From: an uncultured delta proteobacterium
Lineage (GTDB): Bacteria > Desulfobacterota > Binatia > UBA9968
Direction: 5' to 3'
NCBI GenBank assembly: GCA_963847445.1
Contig: CAWJZV010000044.1
Coordinates: forward strand, 1 to 64,000
DNA: 64,000 bases
The position numbers were made by a program, and so were the translations under genes. The notes under the pieces are model-generated. The model did no database searches. It saw only the letters and a list, made by a program, of their open reading frames with translations, and had not been told where the DNA came from. Positions within the stretch are counted from its first letter, which is position 1. Every line of letters begins with the position of its first letter. Shown here piece by piece: positions 45,125-55,411 of this stretch.

Positions 45125-46705
45125 ATGGCTTCATATGACGCAATCATCATCGGCGGCGGCCACAACGGCCTGACCAGCGCCGCCTATCTCGCCAAAGCCG
45201 GCAAAAAAGTTCTGGTCCTGGAACGGCGCCATGTGCTTGGCGGCGCCGCTGTGACCGAGGAGATCTATCCCGGGTTCAAATATTCCGTATGCTCCTACGT
45301 CGTCAGCCTGCTGCGACCGGAAGTGATCCGCGATCTCGAGCTGCCGAAGTACGATCTTGAAATCATTCCGCTCGACAGCACGTTCACACCGATGGCCAAC
45401 GGCGACCATCTGTTCCGCTCCGGCGATCACGCCCAGACGCGCCGGGAGATCGCGCGCCATTCGGTGACCGATGCCGAGGCCTATGAGCAGTACGGCCAGC
45501 TGATGGCGCAGATGGCGATGGCGGTCAAACCGATCCTCGGCATGGTCCCGCCGGAGCCGACGACGTGGAATCCCAAGGATCTATTCGGTTTGGCGAAGGT
45601 CGGCAGCCACTTTCGCGATCTTGGCGAGAAACTGCTCTACGAGCTGACAAAACTCATGACCATGAGCTCGGCGGATTTTCTCGACGAATGGTTCGACACC
45701 GACGTGCTCAAGGCGACCATGTCGGCCAGCGGCATCATCGGCACCTTCATGGGGCCGCGCTCGCCGGGAACTGCGTACGTGCTCTTGCATCACTACATGG
45801 GCGAGCTCGACGGCGCGTTTCGCTCCTGGGGGTTCGCCCGCGGCGGCACCGGCGCCATCAGTAACGCCATCGCCGACGCCGCGCGCCATTTCAGCGCCGA
45901 GATTAGAACCCAAGTCACCGTCGACCAAGTGACCATCAAAAATGGCCGGGCCACCGGCGTGGTCCTATCCACCGGCGAAGAGATCCAAGCGAAAGTCGTG
46001 GTCTCCAGCGTCGATCCCAAACGGACTTTTTTGAAGATGGTCGACAGCCAGCATTTGGACGCGCCGTTCTTGAAGCAAGTGAGCGATTTCAAAATCCGCG
46101 GCTCATCGGCGAAGGTCAATCTTTCTCTCGATGCGTTGCCCGACTTCACCAGCATGCCCGGCAACGGCCCCCATCTCGGCGGCGCGATCTCGATCAGCCC
46201 GAGCTTGGACTACATCGAGCGCGCCTATGACGACGCCAAATACGGCGATTTCTCGCGCCGCCCTTACATGGACATCATCCTGCCGTCGATGCTCGACCCG
46301 TCCATGGCGCCGCCGGGGAAACATGTCATGTCGATCTTCGTGCAGTACGCGCCCTATCATCTGGCCAGCGGCACCTGGCCGGAGAAACGCGAAGCCTTAG
46401 GCGACGCGGTCATCGATACGTTGAGCGAGTACGCGCCGAATATAAAAAATATCATCTTGCATCGCCAAGTGGTCACGCCCTGGGATTTGGAACAAGAATT
46501 CGGCCTCACCGAAGGCAATATTTTTCAGGGCGAGCTGACGCTGGACCAACTTTTCTTTCTAAGACCCGTGCCCGGCTGGGCGAAATATCGCACGCCGGTG
46601 CAGAACCTTTACATGTGCGGCGCCTGCACCCATCCCGGCGGCGGCGTCATGGCGGCGTCGGGCAGATTGGCGGCGCTGGAGATTTTGAAAAACTCGCGGC
46701 TGTAG
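45125..46705 (+). CDS. Phytoene-desaturase-like FAD oxidoreductase (PYROXD2-like)
   Basis: GGGHNGL, LERRHVLGGAA, EGNIFQGEL, YRTP, THPGGGV. Confidence 0.9.
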   Translation: MASYDAIIIGGGHNGLTSAAYLAKAGKKVLVLERRHVLGGAAVTEEIYPGFKYSVCSYVVSLLRPEVIRDLELPKYDLEIIPLDSTFTPMANGDHLFRSGDHAQTRREIARHSVTDAEAYEQYGQLMAQMAMAVKPILGMVPPEPTTWNPKDLFGLAKVGSHFRDLGEKLLYELTKLMTMSSADFLDEWFDTDVLKATMSASGIIGTFMGPRSPGTAYVLLHHYMGELDGAFRSWGFARGGTGAISNAIADAARHFSAEIRTQVTVDQVTIKNGRATGVVLSTGEEIQAKVVVSSVDPKRTFLKMVDSQHLDAPFLKQVSDFKIRGSSAKVNLSLDALPDFTSMPGNGPHLGGAISISPSLDYIERAYDDAKYGDFSRRPYMDIILPSMLDPSMAPPGKHVMSIFVQYAPYHLASGTWPEKREALGDAVIDTLSEYAPNIKNIILHRQVVTPWDLEQEFGLTEGNIFQGELTLDQLFFLRPVPGWAKYRTPVQNLYMCGACTHPGGGVMAASGRLAALEILKNSRL

Positions 46706-46741
46706 CCAGAGCCAAATTTCTTCGAGCCTACCGGCGCAGCG

Positions 46742-47155
46742 ATGGCCGAATCTCCGATCACGGTTTTTTACGACGGTCATTGCGGCCTCTGTCATGGCTT
46801 GGTGCGCTTTCTGATCGCCAGAGATCCCAGCGGCAGCAGATTCGACTATGCGCCGCTGCAGGGCGAGTATTGCGCCGCGGCGATACCTCACGCGCAACGG
46901 CAGCGCTTGCCGGATAGCGTCGTGGTGCGAACCGATGATCGACAACTGCTGGTGAAGTCGGCAGCCGTACTCTACGTTCTCATGCGCATCGGCGGCGCCT
47001 GGCGCGCTATCGGAATTGCCTTGAAGATTTTACCGCCCTCTCTACTCGACTGCGGCTATGACTTCATCGCGCGGATGCGCCGCCGGCTATTTAGCACGCC
47101 GGCTGCCACTTGCCCCTTGGTTCCGCCCGACCTGCGGCACCGTTTCCATCCTTAA
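46742..47155 (+). CDS. DCC1-like thiol-disulfide oxidoreductase
   Basis: FYDGHCGLC (DxxCxxC), YDFIARMR. Confidence 0.85.
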   Translation: MAESPITVFYDGHCGLCHGLVRFLIARDPSGSRFDYAPLQGEYCAAAIPHAQRQRLPDSVVVRTDDRQLLVKSAAVLYVLMRIGGAWRAIGIALKILPPSLLDCGYDFIARMRRRLFSTPAATCPLVPPDLRHRFHP

Positions 47156-47222
47156 GACCGCTTCCCTCGACAGCGTTTTGAATCTTTGACATGGTGATGG
47201 AACATTTAGGAATTAACCAATC

Positions 47223-48812
47223 ATGAGCAACTACGACGCGATCGTCATCGGCGCCGGCCATAATGGGCTGGTCACCGCCGCCTATCTTGCCAAAGCAGGA
47301 AGAAAAGTTCTCGTTCTCGAACGGCGTGAGGTTATCGGCGGCATCGCCGCCACGGAAGAAATCTTTCCCGGCTTCAAATTCTCGACGGTCGCCCATCTCG
47401 CCAGTGGCTTTGCCAGCGAAGTCAGCGCCGATCTCGAGCTCAAAAAGCATGGCTTGGAGCTGCTGCCCCTCGATCCCTTGCTGTTCGCGCCAAGCCTGAG
47501 CGGCGAGCCATTGACGATTTCGCGGGATCCAAGCAAAGCGGCCGAAGAGATTGGCCGCCATTCAAAAAACGATGGCAGCAAGTACGCGGCGTTTTGTGCC
47601 AGACTCAAGACTATCGCAGCGTTCCTGCGCACCCTTTACGGCCTGACTCTGCCTGACAAAGCGAGCCCTCGTGAATTCAATCCGTTGGAGCTGTTGAAGA
47701 TCGGTTTGAAATTTCACGGTCTCGGCGACAAGGAAGGCTACGAGTTCCTGCGCATTTTACCGATGAGCATGGCCGATCTTTTACACGAATGGTTCGACAA
47801 TGATTTATTAAAGGCGAGTCTGGCGGCCAGCTCGATGCTCGGCTCCTTCGTCGGACCGCGCCAGCAGGGCACGGCGTTTAACTTGCTGCACCACCAGATC
47901 GGCGCATCCAACGGCGCCCTGCGCAGCGCCGGCTTCGTGCGCGGCGGCATCGGCCAACTCGCCGCCGCACTTGCCCGCGCCGCCCAGCAACATGGCGCGG
48001 AGATTCGCACCAATGCCGAAGTCGGGAAAGTGCTAACCAAACAGAGCGCTGCAAGCGCGGTGGTAATGGCCAACGGCGATGAAATCGCCGCCACCGCCGT
48101 GATCTCCAGCGCCGACGTGAAGCGGACTTTTCTTGAGCTCGTGGAGCCCACCTACTTGGACCCGCACTTCTTGCTGCAAGTGCAGAATATTCGCGGCCGC
48201 GGCACAGTGGCGAAAATCAATTTGGCGCTGGACGGCCTGCCAAAATTCCAACGGCAGGAATCCCAAGCCCAACTCGGCGGCATCATCCACATCGGCCCGA
48301 CTATCGATTATCTCGAGCGCGCCGCCGATGACGCCAAGTATGGCCGCTATTCCAAAAACCCATTCTTGGAAATCACCATTCCATCGATCGGCGATCCGAC
48401 CCTTGCGCCCGCGGGCAAGCATGTCATGTCGGTGTGGATGCAGTCGGCGCCGTATAACTTGCGCGAATCAAATTGGCACGACCAGCGCGAGGCGTTGGGC
48501 GATGCTGTCGTCAACCTGATCGACGAATACGCGCCGGGATTTAAGAACTCGATCCTGCATCGGCAAGTTTTAACACCGCTGGATTTGGAGCAAACCTACG
48601 GCCTCACCGGCGGCCACCCCTATCACGCCGAGATGGCGTTGGATCAAATCTTCTTCATGCGCCCAGTGCCCGGCTGGGCGCGCTATCGCACGCCCATTGA
48701 TAACCTCTATCTCTGCGGCGCCGGCACCCACCCCGGCGGCGGCATCACCGGCCTGCCGGGATACTATGCCGCCAAAGAAGTGCTAAAAGATTTGAAACGA
48801 GGGAAGCGCTAG
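47223..48812 (+). CDS. Second phytoene-desaturase-like FAD oxidoreductase
   Basis: GAGHNGL, GGHPYHAEMALDQ, THPGGGITGLPG. Confidence 0.9.
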   Translation: MSNYDAIVIGAGHNGLVTAAYLAKAGRKVLVLERREVIGGIAATEEIFPGFKFSTVAHLASGFASEVSADLELKKHGLELLPLDPLLFAPSLSGEPLTISRDPSKAAEEIGRHSKNDGSKYAAFCARLKTIAAFLRTLYGLTLPDKASPREFNPLELLKIGLKFHGLGDKEGYEFLRILPMSMADLLHEWFDNDLLKASLAASSMLGSFVGPRQQGTAFNLLHHQIGASNGALRSAGFVRGGIGQLAAALARAAQQHGAEIRTNAEVGKVLTKQSAASAVVMANGDEIAATAVISSADVKRTFLELVEPTYLDPHFLLQVQNIRGRGTVAKINLALDGLPKFQRQESQAQLGGIIHIGPTIDYLERAADDAKYGRYSKNPFLEITIPSIGDPTLAPAGKHVMSVWMQSAPYNLRESNWHDQREALGDAVVNLIDEYAPGFKNSILHRQVLTPLDLEQTYGLTGGHPYHAEMALDQIFFMRPVPGWARYRTPIDNLYLCGAGTHPGGGITGLPGYYAAKEVLKDLKRGKR

Positions 48813-48896
48813 TCGATTCCTCGCTGAAGTGCCACCGGCAAGCAGCCAAGCACAACCTACTTGTGCTCCAATCTACCATCTTGTAGACTTTGGTTT

Positions 48897-49130
48897 ATGC
48901 GTACAAAGGTAACAAAACGCGGCCAGGTTTCCGTTCCTTCCGAGGTCAGAAAAAAACTTAATATCCGCGCCAACACGACTCTGGAGTGGGCCATTGAAGG
49001 AAATACCGCGAGAATCATTCCGATACCAGCCGACCCGATCAATGCTTTCAGAGGCTCCGGTCCCAAAGGACAGGTTCAGCGCCTTTTAAAAGAAAGACGG
49101 CTGGATCGGCGCCGAGAAAATGGCCGTTAG
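48897..49130 (+). CDS. AbrB/MazE-type antitoxin
   Basis: KVTKRGQVSVPSEVRKKL motif. Confidence 0.85.
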   Translation: MRTKVTKRGQVSVPSEVRKKLNIRANTTLEWAIEGNTARIIPIPADPINAFRGSGPKGQVQRLLKERRLDRRRENGR

Positions 49131-49245
49131 AAATCTCTTCGTCCTAGACACATCGGCACTGCTCGCACTGCGCGGAACCCTCATCCACAAAGACCCTGAA
49201 TTTCAAAAATTCAGAGAATTAGCTCAAGAATTTCTAGCCAGGTAG
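49120..49245 (+). pseudogene. Internally deleted VapC/PIN toxin (41 aa)
   Basis: MAVRNLFVLDTSALLALRG joined directly to TLIHKDPEF...; PIN core missing. Confidence 0.75.
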
Positions 49246-49355
49246 AATTTTTCCAGTGTCACCATCCGACATTCCCTGCCGACGGGCGTGAAATCCCTGT
49301 GCTTCCGTGATAGACGGAGCAATAGTCTATCGGTTCATCCGTAAGGTCGTGATCA

Positions 49356-50339
49356 ATGAAACTTTATCTCGGTCTATTGGAAAGTGCGCGGCCGAATCAA
49401 ACTAGAATCTTCGGCGAACTGGACGGCCAACTGGTCGACTTGCAGGTCGCCTGCGCCGCCTATTTGACTCAGGCCGAAGGCAACCGGGCCAACGCTGACG
49501 AACTGGCAAGCTATTATTTCCCTAACACCATCGCCGGCTTTCTCGAATGGGGCGAACCGTCGCGGCAGCTGCTGGGTCAGGTCATCTCCTTCACCAGCAA
49601 AACCGGTCTACACGAGCTGCGCGGCCCCGGCGGCGAAAAAATCGCTTACGAAACGAGCGACGTGCGCCTGTTACCGCCTTTGCCGAATCCCGAAAAAAGT
49701 TTCGTCATCGGTTTCTCCGACCGGGCGCGCACTGAAGCGCTGCCGGCGGCGGAAATCCCGACGGGCTATTACAAATTGCCGCAAACTTTCGTCATCTCCG
49801 GTGCGCCGGTGGTCTGGCCAAAATTCTCCGAAGAACTCGACGCCGATGGCTGCATCGCCATCGTCATCGGCAAGGCCGGCAAGCGCATCCCGCCGGAAAA
49901 GGCCTGGGAACATGTCGCCGGTGCGATGTTGATCGTCGACATCACCGCCCGCGACATCAACAAGCGCGAAGGGCTGACGACCAACAACTTGCTCGGCAAA
50001 AATTTCCCGTCGAGCACCGGCGTCTGCCCTGCCGTTCTCATCGGCAATGACAAGAAAACTTTTGCTGGGTTGGAAGTCGAGCTTTCGTTGGACGGCAGCG
50101 TCAAGCAGAAATTCGCCCTGCGCGACTGCGTGTTCAGCGTCGAGCAGATCGTCGCCCGCTGGTCGATCCTGGGGATCAAGCCAGGGGATTGGTTCGCCAT
50201 CGGCGCCAGCATGGCGCTGCAAGGCGACCGCTTGCAAAATCCCGTGCCGCTGAAAATCGGTTCGACGATCCGCTGCGCGTCGCCGGCCATCGGCGAACTG
50301 TCGCACCCAGTTATTGCCGCGGGAGGTATGCGCCGATGA
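49356..50339 (+). CDS. Fumarylacetoacetate hydrolase family protein, degenerate active site
   Basis: VRLLPPLP, DITARD, GKNFP; DxExE replaced by DADGC. Confidence 0.8.
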   Translation: MKLYLGLLESARPNQTRIFGELDGQLVDLQVACAAYLTQAEGNRANADELASYYFPNTIAGFLEWGEPSRQLLGQVISFTSKTGLHELRGPGGEKIAYETSDVRLLPPLPNPEKSFVIGFSDRARTEALPAAEIPTGYYKLPQTFVISGAPVVWPKFSEELDADGCIAIVIGKAGKRIPPEKAWEHVAGAMLIVDITARDINKREGLTTNNLLGKNFPSSTGVCPAVLIGNDKKTFAGLEVELSLDGSVKQKFALRDCVFSVEQIVARWSILGIKPGDWFAIGASMALQGDRLQNPVPLKIGSTIRCASPAIGELSHPVIAAGGMRR

Positions 50340-51292
50340 AGCTGGTTACTTTTATCGACGACGACCAGGAAAGAATCGGCGCCATTATCGATGGCTCGGG
50401 CTCAGGCCAGATCGTCGACTTACACAAAGCTTATGCGTCTTATCTGCGCGCGGTGGAGAACGCCGCGGCGGCGGATCAGTCGGCCGCTGCCACCCTCGGC
50501 AGCGACATGGTCGAATTTTTGAAGCGCGGCGACAAAGCATTGGCAGCAGCCCGCATGGCAATCAAACATGCTGCGACCGACGGCGGTAATGGCAACGTCG
50601 TCGAACGCCAGCGCGTTCGCCTGATGGCGCCGGTGCCCCGTCCCGGCGCGCTGGTCTCCGCCGGTAAAAACTTTTCCGATCACGTCGCCGAGATGTCGTC
50701 TAAAAAAGGGCCGGCGGCGCCTGTCGCTTTTCTTAAACTTCCCGGCTCAGTGATCGGTCCCGATGACGACATACCGCATCCGCCGGAAGTGAAAAATTTG
50801 GATTACGAAGTCGAGCTCGCCGTCATCATCGGCAAGCCCTGCGTCGACGTCAGCGCAGAAGAGGCGTTGGATTACGTCGCCGGCTACGCGTCGTTTAACG
50901 ACATCAGCGCCCGCGACATCATTCGCGGCGAGAACAAGAGCGGCATCCACCTTATGGGCAAAAGCTTCCCCGGCTTCGCCCCCATGGGGCCCTATCTGGT
51001 CACCGCCGACGAAGTCCCCGAGCCGCAAAACTTAAAACTCTGGCTGCGCGTCAACGGCGAGACGCGCCAGGACTCAAACCTGGGCTACATGATTTTCAAA
51101 ATCCGCGACATGATCGCCTACTGGTCGCAGATGGGTTTAAATCCCGGCGACGTGCTCACCACCGGCACGCCGCGCGGCGTCGCCGCCGGCCGAAAACCCG
51201 ACCAAGCACCCTGGTGGCTAAAACCCGGCGACCTGGTCGAAGCCGAAGTCGAGGGACTCGGCTGCTTGCGCAACCGCATTGTCGCGGAATGA
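50336..51292 (+). CDS. Fumarylacetoacetate hydrolase family protein
   Basis: GKNFSDH, LDYEVEL, NDISARD, GKSFPGF, GDVLTTGTP; ATGA overlap with upstream gene. Confidence 0.92.
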   Translation: MKLVTFIDDDQERIGAIIDGSGSGQIVDLHKAYASYLRAVENAAAADQSAAATLGSDMVEFLKRGDKALAAARMAIKHAATDGGNGNVVERQRVRLMAPVPRPGALVSAGKNFSDHVAEMSSKKGPAAPVAFLKLPGSVIGPDDDIPHPPEVKNLDYEVELAVIIGKPCVDVSAEEALDYVAGYASFNDISARDIIRGENKSGIHLMGKSFPGFAPMGPYLVTADEVPEPQNLKLWLRVNGETRQDSNLGYMIFKIRDMIAYWSQMGLNPGDVLTTGTPRGVAAGRKPDQAPWWLKPGDLVEAEVEGLGCLRNRIVAE

Positions 51293-51377
51293 GGTCAAAC
51301 ACCTCGGTGAGCCACCGCGCTCCGAAGTCATACGTCCTATCGGTCCGATCCGACTGGTCTAGCCTCAAGGAGATCTC

Positions 51378-52247
51378 ATGCCACAAACAACTCAGTCCTT
51401 AAACCCACCGGCCTGGTGCACGGCCACACCGAAGTCCGCTTTCTCGACGACACTATTCCCGTGCTGACGAAAGTCCTGGGGCTCGATCTGCTCGAACGGC
51501 GCGATCGTGAAGCGGTCTTGAAACATCCCAACACCGGCTGGAAATTAATCGTCCACGAAGGCGGCGCCGAGGTCAAAGACAAACCCGAGCGCAATCACTA
51601 CGGCGTGCGCGTGGCCAACAACCTAGAAGTCGACCACGCCTACCAGTATCTCCTCGCCAACAAAGCCACCTTGGGCCTCACTAAAGTCGTCAAACGGAAA
51701 GAGCGCGCCGGCTCCTACTCGATGTTTTTCGTCGAGCCCGGCGGCAACTATTGGGAGATCGAGTCCTATGAAAATCGCCACAAGGCCGGTCTGCCCTATG
51801 AGGTCGCCTACCCTTGGAAGACCGTGCTCACTGAAGAACGCTTGCCGGGCTGCGGCTACGTGCCGCAGGCGATGACCCATGGCACCATGGAGTGCACCGA
51901 TCTCCAAGCATCGAAGAAGTTTTATCAGCAGGGGCTGGGTCTCGATGTCATCACCCATGTGCCGACCATCGAGCCGCATGACGTCAAACATCCAACCACG
52001 CCCTGGTATGTCGTGAGCTTGGAAGTGCCGCCGAAGAACAAGCACTATCTGACGCCGTTGCAGCGTTACACCGTAGCCGTCGAGTCGTCCGCCGCTCTCA
52101 CCGAAGCCAATCGGGAATTCACCGAGCGCCGAGGAGGAGTTCGCCCTGACCGCCATCGAAGCGGTCCAAGACAGCCGCGCCGGCCAGTCCTTTCAGATCT
52201 GTGACCTCGATCGCAACTGGTGGGAAGTCGCCTACATCGCAAACTAG
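51378..52247 (+). CDS. Two-domain VOC/glyoxalase family protein (frameshifts near both ends)
   Basis: HGH, NHYGV, EPGGNYWEI, THGT, DLDRNWWEV. Confidence 0.75.
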
Positions 52248-52417
52248 CACATGAAACTGTCTAATTCCCGGGGCGACCCGACCGATCGGTCTGCGCTCAT
52301 CAAGAACCGCGACGCCCTGCAGGTCGTTGCAAGGGGCGACAGGACAGCCAATCTTTCATGCTCTGCGACGTGAACAAAAACGGGTGGGAGATTGCCTGCG
52401 AGAGAAAATAAACCCAA

Positions 52418-52486
52418 TGGAGTGATGGGGTATAGGAGAGTTGGGACGCTATCCGAATCCATTAGCTCCAATACTCCATCACTCCG
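52418..52486. repeat. Inverted short repeats (TGGAGTGATGG / CCAATACTCCATCACTCC)
   Basis: Same 8-bp-unit family as 55291-55367. Confidence 0.6.
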
Positions 52487-52510
52487 TTATTCACTGGAGG
52501 TCTAAACATC

Positions 52511-53148
52511 ATGAATGTCCATCACTTCGACAACAAAAAAACCGCCCTGCTATTCTTCGACATGCTCAACGTCTACTTCCACGGCATCCCCGAAGAAAAG
52601 CAAAAAGCCTTAAAACCGGTGGTCGACAACGCCGTGCGCTTGATGAACGCCGCGCGGCAGAACGGCATCCTGATCTACTACGCCATGGCCAATCACCGCC
52701 CCGACGGCCATAGCCGCTATATGGCGATCACCGACACCGACATGCGCCTGCGCCCCTGGCCCAACGACGACTGCAATCCGACCGTGCACGGCGCCACCGA
52801 AGGATCGTGGGAACAGAAAGTCATCGATGCAATCGCGCCACAGCCGCAGGATTACATCATTCCGAAATACCGCTGGAGCACGTTCCATCAGACTTACTTC
52901 GACTTGGCGCTGCGCACCCGCGGCATCGACACGATCATTATTTCCGGCGGCGCCGTCGACGTCGGCGTCGCCTCGACGGTCTACTCGGCCCGCGACCACG
53001 ACTACAACATCGTCGTCGTGCGCGACGCGTGCAGCAACTCCCACGACGATTCCATGACCGCGCTGATGAACACGGTCTTTCCCACGCCTGGCCCGGGTGC
53101 GCAGCAACCGACCAAGTGCTGGAAATGATCCGCAACGGCGCCAAGTAG
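52511..53148 (+). CDS. Isochorismatase/cysteine hydrolase family protein (3' frameshift)
   Basis: ALLFFDMLN, PKYRWSTF, GIDTII, ARDHDY. Confidence 0.85.
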
Positions 53149-53257
53149 TCGAGGTTTAGAGCCCAGAAGATTTATCGTCGTCGAACGTCTAAACTAGGCA
53201 ATGGCTACTAACCAATTCTGCGTTAGAGAAAATCGGTCGACGCACGCGATCTTTTCA

Positions 53258-53347
53258 TTCCCCCCTTTGAAAAAGGGGGGCCAGGGGGGATTTTCCACAT
53301 CACCACACACGCAAATCCCCCTCAATCCCCCTTTTCCAAAGGGGGAA
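53258..53347. repeat. REP-like inverted doublet (CCCCCTTTnnAAAGGGGG..GGGGGATTT)
   Basis: Two inverted copies; same family as the inner repeat at about 29488-29544. Confidence 0.75.
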
Positions 53348-53380
53348 GCAATCACTACAGCCACTTACTAAACAACACAA

Positions 53381-53745
53381 TTGGCCGCATCACAATTGCT
53401 GTTAGCGCTTCTTGTGATTCTAACCGCGCCATCGTTCGTCAACGCCCAGAACCTGCCGCTCCCGAGAAGCAAAAGATTGAAGCGCTGATCAAGCAAGTCG
53501 GCGATCTAAAAGAAGCCAAGTTCGTCCGCAACGGCTCCACCTACGAGCCCGCCACCGCGGTGCGCTTCCTGCGCGGCAAATGGGACGCCAACAAGGCCGA
53601 TGTCAAAACCGTCCGCGATTTTATCGACAAAGTCGCCACCAAGTCCGGCACCTCCGGCAAGCCCTATCTCATGCGCTTTAGCGACGGCAAAGAAATCCCC
53701 AGCCGCGAATTTCTTCTGGCAGAGTTAAAAAAACTCGAATCCTAA
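53381..53745 (+). CDS. DUF5329-like exported protein (frameshift near 53460; start approximate)
   Basis: KIEALI..FVRNGS.Y..A..LRGKW..FIDKVATKS..SGKPY. Confidence 0.65.
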
Positions 53746-53816
53746 ATGGCGCCGCATCAAATGAAAGCTCCCAGCACGTCTAAATTTGCAATGAGCGCAT
53801 GCTGACTGAAACCTGC

Positions 53817-54759
53817 TCATCCTTCCTGATTCTCCAAAAACCTCTCCGCATCGATCGCCGCCATGCAGCCGGTGCCGGCGGCCGTGATCGCTTGGCGGTA
53901 GACGTGATCCTGGACGTCGCCGCAGGCGAAGACGCCGGAGACGTTGGTCTTGGTGCCGTCGTGAGTGAGTATGTAGCCCGTCGGGTCGAGATCGAGCTGG
54001 CCGACGAACAGTTTGGAATTGGGCTCGTGGCCGATGGCGATGAACAGGCCGTCGCATTTGAAGTCGGAATTCTTGCCGGTTTTCAAATTCTTGAACTTAA
54101 CTCCGGTCACGCCGCCGGCTTTGGGGTCGCCGTAGACTTCTTCCACCGCGGTGTCCCAGACAAAAGAGATTTTCGGATTCTTCTCGGCGCGCTCCTGCAT
54201 GATCTTCGACGCGCGCAGTTTGTCGCGCCGGTGCACGACCGTCACTTTGCTGGCGAACTTGGTGAGAAAGGTCGCCTCTTCCATCGCCGTGTCGCCGCCG
54301 CCGACGACGACAAGTTCTTTGTCTTTGAAGAAAAAACCGTCGCAAGTGGCGCACGCCGACACGCCATGGCCCATGAGTTTCATTTCCGATTCCAAGCCCA
54401 GCAGCTTCGCCGTCGCGCCGGTGGCGACAATCAACGTGTCGCAAGTGTAGAACTTCTTTGCTGGCGGTGACTTTGAATGGCCGCTGTTTGAGATCGACCG
54501 CCGTCACTTCGCCGAAAAACGTCTCAGTGCCGAAACGCAGCGCCTGCTTCTTGAACTCCTCCATCAGCTCGGGACCCATGATGCCTTTGGGAAAGCCGGG
54601 GAAATTTTCGACATCGGTGGTGATCGTCAGTTGCCCGCCCGGCTGCGAGCCCTCGATGACCAGCGGTTGAAGGTTGGCGCGGGCGGCGTAGATCGCCGCG
54701 GTGAGACCGGCGGCGCCGGATCCAAGAATGATTACACGGTAGTGACTTTGCTTATCCAT
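53817..54759 (-). CDS. trxB: Thioredoxin reductase (frameshift near 54445)
   Basis: [47 protein letters not shown]. Confidence 0.95.
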
Positions 54760-54806
54760 CCGGTTTCTGTAACATAAATTTCTCAGGGGAGAAAGAAACC
54801 AAACCT

Positions 54807-55290
54807 ATGGCACAACTCAGTCACCTGGACGAACAAGGGCGCGCGCGCATGGTCGACGTGAGCGAAAAGGAAGTCACCAGCCGCATCGCCACCGCCTGCG
54901 GCACCATTCACATGCGTGCCGGAGACCCTGGCGCTGATCCTCGACGACAAGATCGAAAAGGGCGATGTCTTTTCGGTGGCGCGGGTCGCCGGCATCATGG
55001 CGGCGAAAAAGACTTCCGAACTGATTCCCATGTGCCATCCGCTCAACATCACCTCGGTCGCAATCGATCTCACCCCGGGGAACAATCCCGCCCGCGTCGA
55101 CATCGAAGCCTCGGTGCGCGTCAGCGGCAAGACCGGCGTCGAGATGGAAGCCATGACCGCGGTGTCGGTGGCGGGCCTCACCATCTACGACATGTGCAAA
55201 GCCGTCGACCGCGAAATGACCATCGGCGAGATCCGCCTGGTCAAAAAGAGCGGCGGCAAAAGCGGCACGTTCATCAGAGAAGGAATAATC
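54807..55290 (+). CDS. moaC: Cyclic pyranopterin monophosphate synthase MoaC (frameshift near 54918; end approximate)
   Basis: [48 protein letters not shown]. Confidence 0.93.
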
Positions 55291-55367
55291 TTGGAGTGTT
55301 GGAGTACTGGAGTTTTGGATATTCGGATGACCCATCATTCCAGCACTGCATTACTCCATCACTCCAA
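55291..55367. repeat. Inverted 8-bp tandem repeats (TGGAGTRY)n...(TACTCCA)n
   Basis: ttggagtgttggagtactggagttttgga ... cattactccatcactccaa. Confidence 0.65.
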
Positions 55368-55411
55368 ATCGTCCAAACATCGCGCCATACACCGAGAAAT
55401 TTAAAAGCCCA

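Noticed and set aside
45125-48812. Carotenoid biosynthesis cluster
   Set aside because: No phytoene synthase, cyclase or prenyltransferase nearby; the context points to GcvT-linked chemistry.
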